64,000 nt of DNA from Bacteroidales bacterium (GTDB lineage Bacteria; Bacteroidota; Bacteroidia; Bacteroidales; UBA12481). Each line of letters opens with the position of its first letter. Within the stretch, counting starts at the first letter, position 1. A model generated the notes under the pieces. The model searched no databases. It was not told where the DNA came from and saw nothing but the letters and a program-made list of their open reading frames with translations. The stretch is taken from positions 14,267 through 78,266 of the forward strand of contig JBBAAF010000003.1 of the NCBI GenBank assembly GCA_041658425.1. Reading direction: 5' to 3'. Made by a program: the position numbers and the translations under genes. Of the stretch, positions 57,977-64,000 are shown in pieces.

Positions 57977-59090
57977 ATAGTTCCCGGAAACAATACTATA
58001 CACTGCAGAATTATTTTCCATATGTAAGAACTTCACTCCCTTAACTTTATCGACAGGATTTCCCGACACGGCAATGTTTGCTGCATCGTTTGCTGGAACA
58101 AAGACGGTGGCTGTGGTGTTGGATGGGATAGTAACGTCCATAACTAGTTGAGTGCCGCGCTTGTGCCAATTGCTGATGATGCGTCCCTGCACGGAGTCAT
58201 AGAAACCCTCATCCCAGTGCAGGTCGCCAACGATATTGGGCTTGATAATGATCTTCCCTAATCCCGGTCCGGAGGGATCGGGGCACCAATCCGCCAGACC
58301 CCAATCCTGCATTTCCTCCGTGGTGATGCTTCCGGAATACTCGCCAGGGATAGCGGCAGCCATTCCGAGATAGTCAACATAGCGCTTCATTGCCGGAAAA
58401 CTTTCTTTCAGCAGTGAATTGTCGCCGTAATATTGGTACCACTGCCATGGCAGCCACACAACACACCCGCCCCACCATGGGCTGTTGTAGCCGTCGAAGT
58501 AGGCGCCTGGTGTTACGTTCCGGCAGTTGCCATCCTCTCGCTGGGTCTCAACCATGGCCCATTGCCACCGCTCGTACATCGTCTGGGAATCAAAGAGAAA
58601 GGCCGAGGACCGGGACATATTCTCAATATCCTCAGTCCACGCCTTCCATTCCCGTACCGGATCGTTGGGCAAAAAGGTAGTGTAAGCCTCCACTGTTCGT
58701 CGGGTGGCATCGTTCAGCCAGTTCGCAACATCATCGGAACAGCGAAACGAACCCGAAGACGACCAACCCATCGAAACGAGGCATCCGGTCAGATCCTCCA
58801 GTGCCGGCGGGCGGGCCGTGCCCCTGATCACGACTTGCCGCATGCCTGCATAAAAGAAGCGGTGCTCATAGACTTCACTTCCGCCTGTCGATATCTTCAT
58901 GGACGATTCCGCTTGAGGTAATTTCGCCGTCGGCCCATTTCCAACTCCGGTCGGAAACGACTACTGTCTCCGTCCCGTCGGTGAGTTTCGATACTGACCA
59001 GCCGTCCCCTTCCAACGATGACGCGGTGTTGGGGATAGGCTCCCATAGACGATATCGTTTTATTTTGACTCCGGGGATTTGACTGTAAAA
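57965..59090 (-). pseudogene. Alpha-L-rhamnosidase (GH78) remnant: 5'-truncated, frameshifted, with at least two internal deletions
   Basis: The 311-aa ORF has GH78-like segments (EHRFFYAGMRQVVIRG, FRCSDDVANWLN, GLADWCP then directly PGLGKIIIKPNIVGDLHW...). An upstream piece in another frame reads GDGWSVSKLTDGTETVVVSDRSWKWADGEITSSGIVHEDIDRRK*. The signal peptide and N-terminus are missing, and the gene abuts the IS remnant. It is GC-rich. Confidence 0.75.
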
Positions 59091-59141
59091 CTATTTCACT
59101 CAACCCAGATCAGACAGCCAATGATTTATATTTTTTCACTA

Positions 59142-59268
59142 CTGTCCGACTAAAAAAATAAAGTAGGGGCTACTCCCAGATGGTTTCGCCCCATGTTGTA
59201 CTTTTAGGTTTGCGTACATAAAACGATACAACATGGGTAAAGATACCGAAATAAAATTAGTCGGACAG
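59142..59268. repeat. 12-bp perfect inverted repeat CTGTCCGACTAA / TTAGTCGGACAG bracketing the transposase start codon
   Basis: The arms lie at 59142-59153 and 59257-59268. The core GTCGGACAGCCGA recurs as an exact 13-mer direct repeat at 59260-59272 and 59586-59598. Confidence 0.85.
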
Positions 59269-59937
59269 CCGATTTTTAAACAGGTACTTGATTTGATTGA
59301 CAGGGTTAACATACAAGGATTGATTAAAAAGCACGATGCTGACCGATATTACAAGGCGTTCAAGGCAAAGACACAACTTACAACCATGCTTTTTGGTATT
59401 CTTAGCCGGTGCGACTCTATGAATGAGATTTGCGAAGGGTTAAGGGCCATGGGAGGCAAGTTGAATCACCTGGGTTTGACGAAAGCGCCGGCCAAGAGCA
59501 AGGCCTGCGATGGTTTAAGAAACAGACCGAGTAAATTCTTTGAGGATGTATACTTCAGTTTGGTAGACAGGTATAAGAGTTTTTTGTCGGACAGCCGAAC
59601 TTATGGACTGACCTTCAAAGAAGTTCTGCTGATAGATTCTACTACGATCCGGTTGTTCAGCGATATCCTCAAAGGCGTCGGTCGCAACCCGAAGAATGAC
59701 GGAAAAAAGAAAGGCGGGCTCAAAGTCCATATGCTTATAGATGCTGTTCAGTCTGTTGGGCGGTTTATCAAGATCACTGCTGCCAAAGTTCACGACAAAA
59801 ATTTTCTGAAAGAACTAGAGCTGATCTCCCATAGTATGGTTGTATTTGACCGTGCGTACAATTACTACATGCAATTTGCACTCTGGACTGAGCAAAAGGT
59901 CTATTTTGTAACCCGGATGAAGAAAAGAAGAACCTAA
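59233..59937 (+). mobile_element. IS4-family transposase (DUF4372 N-terminus plus DDE domain), 3'-truncated
   Basis: LVGQPIFKQVLDLI...DRYYKAF... (DUF4372-like); LLIDSTTIRLF (first D); KKKGGLKVHMLID; VVFDRAYNYY (second D); VYFVTRMKK, then a stop. The C-terminal third carrying the catalytic E is absent. Confidence 0.85.
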
Positions 59938-59944
59938 TAAGTCA

Positions 59945-60763
59945 ATGGAACCATGGACCTCGGAACACACTAAATGGCTGGTCGACACTGGCGAAAGACT
60001 GAAGACCATTGATGGCAAGGAGGTCGAAGTATGGGAATTCCAACATCAAGAGGATGTCAACGTGCTCTCGGCATGGGCCAAGCACTACCAAAATCACTAT
60101 TGCTTTGATACCGAGATTGATTATTGGCGAAGGGGATATAAATGCTCAAGAGCAGAATACCTCAATAAGATTAAGTTCCCGGACTTAATAGAAGCCCCAG
60201 GACCAAGCATTCGTGCAGGTGATTTTGGCGAAGTACTGGTAGCTGATTTTTTGGAATATTTACTTAGTTATTGGGTCCCACGAACGCGCTTTGGCGACAA
60301 AACAATTCGAAACGAGTCTACAAAGGGCAGTGATATTATCGGATTCCAGTTTGTTGAAAAGACCAAATATTCACCAAAGGACACGCTGGCCATATTTGAG
60401 GCCAAGACACAATTCTCTGGCAAGAAAGCTAAAGCGTGACTTCAGGATGCAGTGGATGGTTCCGCCAAAGATATTGTCAGGAAGGCTGAGTCTCTAAATG
60501 CCATTAAGCAAAGATTGCATGGGCGTCACGAACTCGAGAATGCCGAAAAAATTGAGCGGTTTCAAAACGAAGTAGACTACCCGTACAAGGAGGTTTACGG
60601 AGCTGTAGCACTTTTTGAAAATGCTCTTTTTGATGACGAACTCACCTTATCTAGATATTCCGGCCAACTTGGGCACCCAAAAACGGGGTCAGTAACAGTT
60701 TTGTTAGCATGCAGGAATACAATTGCTTATCATCCGGAACACACTGCTCAATTAAAATCATAA
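59945..60763 (+). pseudogene. PD-(D/E)xK-like nuclease-fold gene (possibly DUF1837/HamA-like) interrupted by an in-frame TGA
   Basis: ORFs 59945-60439 and 60452-60763 are in the same frame (507 nt = 169 codons apart): ...AIFEAKTQFSGKKAKA*LQDAVDGSAKDIV.... A candidate nuclease motif is GSDIIGF...IFEAKT (D...E-x-K), preceded by GDFGEVLVADFLEY. The HamA-like call is from memory and weak. Confidence 0.5.
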
Positions 60764-60778
60764 TGGACTGCTCAATTA
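60743..60778. repeat. 12-bp direct repeat ACTGCTCAATTA x2, 24-bp period
   Basis: The copies lie at 60743-60754 and 60767-60778. They straddle the stop of the nuclease-like ORF, next to the end of the GH99-like fragment. Confidence 0.85.
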
Positions 60779-60785
60779 GGCCGTT

Positions 60786-61049
60786 TTATCTAATGTAGCC
60801 CCAAAGCGGGATCTTTGGCTGCTTTTGTCCTCCAAAAAGCGGAATAGCATTTTTCACCAAATCCCATTCCGACCATCCTTTTCCATAACGCAATTCATTC
60901 CGGGTATCGTCAGCATGATAATTCGGGAAATAGTAAAGAGTAATATCGTATCCTGGCGAATTAACAATGAACCTATTATCTGTTTTTTGAGCATTTATAT
61001 TATTAACTGGGAACAAGAAGAACAGGAACAATGGCAGTCCTGATGGCAA
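60786..61049 (-). pseudogene. N-terminal fragment of a GH99-like / WbsX-family (PF14307-type) protein
   Basis: A signal-peptide-like LPLFLFFLFPVNNINAQ is followed by LYYFPNYHADDTRNELRYGKGWSEWDLVKNAIPLFGGQKQPKIPLWGY. This matches the family start motif (YYLPQFH...WWGKGFTEW...A.PLF.GH.QP). It stops after 87 codons. Confidence 0.65.
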
Positions 61050-61707
61050 TAGCCGTTTTAGAATTATCGGGTATCATGCTCAAAGCAAAGTCAATCAGTT
61101 CGTCTCTGTCGTTTTCTACAAAAGCAGCGCTTTCGAGCGAGGCAGTAAATATTTCGGCAATGGTACCTTCAGCTACCCCATGATCCACGCAAGCATCTTC
61201 CCACGCAAACTTGGCAGCAAGCATTGGGTTTCCCGGCGCGATACAAGCCCATATTTCTGACCGTATCCATGCACCATTGCTGTTTTTCCATTTACTGTTA
61301 TTGTATTCACCTGATAACGGGGGCATAATACCCATTTTCATATTTGCTTTACCAACCCCGTATTCGTTCCAATCAACCGGGACATACTTAAGCCAGTACT
61401 GCCCTAACGTATAAGCATTCACTCTGGCATTGTTTTCTTCCAATGCCTTAAGCCATAGCAGCTGCAAGTCAAGGTCGTCATTTGCAGCCGGTTCGTCGGT
61501 TTTAAGATTTGTATAAAAGCTGATATTATTCACGTCAGTTTTGCCCTCGAAAGGCATACCCAGTGTGCCGCCAATATTTTTCCCAAGCCAGCAGGCATAT
61601 ATTTTATCTCTGAACTCGGTTTCGTTTAAATTTTGGCTTTGACAACTGCATTTTATCCCAAACATTACTAGGATGGGCAACAATGACGTATAAATTATAC
61701 TTTTCAT
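61003..61707 (-). pseudogene. Secreted ADP-ribosylglycohydrolase-family protein, 3'-truncated
   Basis: Signal peptide present, then the N-terminal family motif ACWLGKNIGGTLGMPFEG. The ORF ends at 234 aa without the C-terminal metal-binding D-x-D-T-type segment. Its end overlaps the GH99-like fragment in another frame. Confidence 0.65.
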
Positions 61708-61742
61708 GGGTGCAATTTTATCATTTTAAAACCGACACTAAA

Positions 61743-61786
61743 GATAAATGAGAAAAACTCATGTTACTGAATTTTACTCATTTATC
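61743..61786. repeat. 10-bp perfect inverted repeat GATAAATGAG ... CTCATTTATC (24-nt spacer)
   Basis: Read directly. It lies between the ADP-ribosylglycohydrolase start (61707) and the beginning of the transposase remnant frame (about 61795). Confidence 0.8.
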
Positions 61787-61814
61787 AAAAAACTAAGGCC
61801 ACAGCAGCAAAAAC

Positions 61815-62024
61815 ATGGAAACCCGATTGAAGAAATGGCGGAGCACCGCCGAAGCGATCATCTCCAATCTGAAGCGTGGCTTTCATTTGGAACGCTATAA
61901 CTGGAAAGGGTGGACACATTTTCAGGCGAAAGAACTGTGGAGTGCGCTGGCGTATAATTTCCGGGTGTTCATTGCTTTGGTCATGGGCAGCATCCTGGAG
62001 GGGCGCCTCAGGCAGGCGGCCTAA
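61815..62024 (+). mobile_element. C-terminal remnant of a DDE transposase (IS5/IS1380-like tail)
   Basis: WRSTAEAIISNLKRGFHLERYNWKG...ALAYNF carries the R-(3)-E-(6)-K spacing of the IS4/IS5 Y(2)R(3)E(6)K signature. Only about 70 codons are present, with a stop directly upstream. Confidence 0.6.
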
Positions 62025-62288
62025 CAAGAACCCGTGATTTTTGCCATTTCATTAGCCGGTAGTTCAAAACCAGAGAAAAGTATGCAAGAAATCTTGGTAA
62101 ATCGCTGTAAGTCGCAATAAATGAATCATTTGCACTGAAAGTATTAATAAAAATGATGATCGTAACAAAAACGGAGAGCAGGGAATCTGAAAACAGACTT
62201 GGAATACCACGTATCTATGGCTATATCTGAATTTGGTGAGACTTTATGGACAGACACCAGTTAAAGAAATATTTCACGAAAAAATATT

Positions 62289-62323
62289 TTTGTAAAACAT
62301 TAAACTGCATATTTTTATATTTG
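62289..62323 (+). promoter_or_regulatory. Candidate Bacteroidota sigma-A promoter (-33 TTTG, -7 TATATTTG)
   Basis: TATATTTG at 62316-62323 fits the TAnnTTTG consensus, and TTTG lies at 62289-62292. The -7 box is 39 nt upstream of the ATG at 62362. The spacing between the two boxes is slightly longer than consensus. Confidence 0.4.
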
Positions 62324-62361
62324 CAACAATTACACCTATAAACTTTTAAAAAAAATCAGCT

Positions 62362-63984
62362 ATGAAAAAACACATCATCATTTTATTGATTTCACTGCTT
62401 TTCTTTCCTTTTATGCTTTCTGCATATACAGGAGAGATCATTAAATCTTACGATACACCCGGTTCGTTCACCACAGGATTAACTTATGACGGAAAATACA
62501 TATGGCTATCCGACAGGAAAGCCGATCTTATCTACTGCATCGATCCTGCAAACGGAAAAGTAGTAAGAAGTATAAAATCACCTGCATACTGGCCTACAGG
62601 ATTGGCCTGGGATGGCGAATATATATGGAATGCGGATATCAGGGGTGGAATTCCTCTTGCAGAGAATTTTGTCGGTAAAATTTATCGTGTTGATCCGAAA
62701 GACGGAACAATTAAAAAGACCATTCCCGCTCCTTCCAATTCGCCTATGGGACTTGCATGGGATGGAAAATATTTATGGTGCGCCGATAATGAATCTGACG
62801 AAATTATTCAATTCAGTTCTGAAGACGGCACTACTATCAAATCGTTAAAATCACCTGCTGCTGATGCAAACGGACTTGCTTTTGACGGAAAATATTTATG
62901 GATTTCTGACAGAATAAAAAATGAAATTTATATGATGGATACCGTAACAGGTTGCGTTCTTATCATCGCTGATGCTCCAGGCCCGTATACCAACAGTCTT
63001 TGCTACGACGGGAAATACTTGTGGGCTGCGGATTATCAGAATGACAAACTTTATCAATTAAAAATTCATGATAACGATGCATACAAAACAAGTAACGAAC
63101 GTAAATCAAAAGTAACTTATACATACACAATAACGAATTTCGGACCCGGCACAGTCAAAACAATGGACGTGCATCTAGCAGTCCCCACTAACAGGGCAAA
63201 TCAGATCATCACCGATAAAATATCCTATACGCCAAATTTCACGGATATCATTACTGACCAATGGGGACAGAAGACAACACGTTTTCATTTTGCAGATATA
63301 AAATCGGGGGAATCCAAAGAAATAAAAATGGTTTCTACGATCACTACTTATGATGTGCGTTATTTTATTTATCCCGATAAAGTTGATTCTCTTTCGAAAA
63401 TTCCCGATAGTATAAAGAACAAATACCTTACGAATAACGATAAATTCAACTATGACGATCCCATCATAAAAGATGCGTTGAAAGAAGCGGTAGGCAGTGA
63501 CAAAAATCCTTATTGGATTGCCCGCAAGATATACAATTATATTATCGATCACATGTTTTACGAAAGGGTTGGCGGATGGAACACAGCACCCACCGTGCTG
63601 AAGCGAGGAAATGGTTCCTGTTCTGAATATTCTTTCGTTTATATTTCCATGTGCAGAGCAGCAGGATTGCCGGCACGTTATGTAGGATCGGTAGTCGTGA
63701 GGGGTGACGATGCCTCGATGGATGATGTTTTTCACCGCTGGGTGGAAGTATATTTGCCAGGATATGGCTGGATTCCTATTGATCCGAGCGGCGGCGATAA
63801 AACTTCACCGAGAGATCAGGCTGATTGCTTTGGTTCGCTATCCAACAGGTTTTACATTACAACTCAAAGCGGTGGTGGTTCTGAAACCATGGGCTGGTCT
63901 TATAATTCAAACGAATTCTGGACAACAGATCCTCAGACCAATATCGTTTATGAGAATTTTGCCGAATGGGAACCTTTGAAATAA
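62362..63984 (+). CDS. Secreted beta-propeller (glutaminyl-cyclase-like repeats) fused to a transglutaminase-like cysteine protease domain
   Basis: Signal peptide present. Five repeats of about 45 aa are built around DGKY(I/L)W. The C-terminal transglutaminase core has GNGSCSEYSFVY (Cys), FHRWVEVY (His) and GWIPIDPS (Asp). Confidence 0.85.
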   Translation: MKKHIIILLISLLFFPFMLSAYTGEIIKSYDTPGSFTTGLTYDGKYIWLSDRKADLIYCIDPANGKVVRSIKSPAYWPTGLAWDGEYIWNADIRGGIPLAENFVGKIYRVDPKDGTIKKTIPAPSNSPMGLAWDGKYLWCADNESDEIIQFSSEDGTTIKSLKSPAADANGLAFDGKYLWISDRIKNEIYMMDTVTGCVLIIADAPGPYTNSLCYDGKYLWAADYQNDKLYQLKIHDNDAYKTSNERKSKVTYTYTITNFGPGTVKTMDVHLAVPTNRANQIITDKISYTPNFTDIITDQWGQKTTRFHFADIKSGESKEIKMVSTITTYDVRYFIYPDKVDSLSKIPDSIKNKYLTNNDKFNYDDPIIKDALKEAVGSDKNPYWIARKIYNYIIDHMFYERVGGWNTAPTVLKRGNGSCSEYSFVYISMCRAAGLPARYVGSVVVRGDDASMDDVFHRWVEVYLPGYGWIPIDPSGGDKTSPRDQADCFGSLSNRFYITTQSGGGSETMGWSYNSNEFWTTDPQTNIVYENFAEWEPLK

Positions 63985-64000
63985 TTTAAATTTTCTTCAT

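Noticed and set aside
60437-60490. Selenocysteine at the in-frame TGA of the nuclease-like gene
   Set aside because: I see no convincing stem-loop immediately downstream of the TGA, and the protein context (after a catalytic-lysine helix) has no redox motif. A Trp codon mutated by one transition is simpler.
8941-60763. Stop-codon reassignment (alternative genetic code) as the explanation for the three in-frame stops
   Set aside because: All three stop codons also terminate neighbouring intact genes at the positions expected from gene packing. TAA does so for most genes, TGA at 38309-38311 and TAG at 28086-28088. The three interruptions also use three different codons.
59233-62024. The truncated IS4 N-terminal part and the 61815 transposase tail as two halves of one IS split by a 1.9-kb insertion
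   Set aside because: The tail motif (RSTAEAIISNLK...) does not look like the RWQIE-type tail I associate with DUF4372 IS4 elements. The middle third of the DDE domain is absent on both sides. This cannot be excluded without a database comparison.
63175-63735. 186-aa minus-strand ORF inside the transglutaminase-like gene
   Set aside because: It is antisense to a gene with clear repeats and a catalytic triad. It has no start context or motif of its own.
1-64000. tRNA, rRNA, riboswitch or other structured RNA genes
   Set aside because: The few non-coding stretches longer than 100 nt (8814-8940, 43761-43920, 52520-52709, 57593-57964, 59091-59232, 62025-62361) show no cloverleaf-type or conserved RNA features that I can recognise by eye.

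Overview
This window looks like a Bacteroidota chromosomal segment: it has a SusC/SusD pair, many lipoprotein and twin-arginine signal peptides, and a TAnnTTTG-type promoter box. All family calls below come from motif recognition by eye; no searches were run.

**Main locus.** About 2.7-57.6 kb is one very large, strictly minus-strand polysaccharide utilization locus (PUL).
- susC/susD sit at the head (57.6-52.7 kb), with a strong intrinsic terminator directly after susD.
- 24 further intact genes and 4 decayed ones follow.
- Recognisable parts are GH20, GH29, GH109, GH38, GH172 (DUF2961), a clan GH-D alpha-galactosidase-like enzyme and DUF4838.
- Also present are an alpha/beta-hydrolase esterase, an interrupted SGNH esterase, a TAT-exported Gfo/Idh/MocA oxidoreductase, a DUF6807/PmoA-like protein, a cytoplasmic URO-D-like protein and an FHS-family sugar permease.

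**Best candidate for undescribed biology.** Roughly ten large secreted proteins have no family I can name. They include a 930-990 aa family present as three intact copies plus one fragment.

**Composition and decay.**
- The locus is compositionally mosaic, with GC-rich genes such as the GH38 embedded among AT-rich ones.
- Three reading frames are interrupted by in-frame stops (TAG, TAA, TGA), and there are several frameshifted or internally deleted remnants.

**Upstream of susC (57.9-62.1 kb).** This is a gene graveyard:
- a multiply deleted GH78;
- a truncated IS4-family transposase;
- a nonsense-interrupted PD-(D/E)xK-like gene, possibly HamA/DUF1837-like;
- a truncated ADP-ribosylglycohydrolase;
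- a GH99-like/WbsX fragment;
- a second transposase remnant.

The window ends with an intact plus-strand gene for a beta-propeller fused to a transglutaminase-like domain. I found no rRNA, tRNA or CRISPR array.
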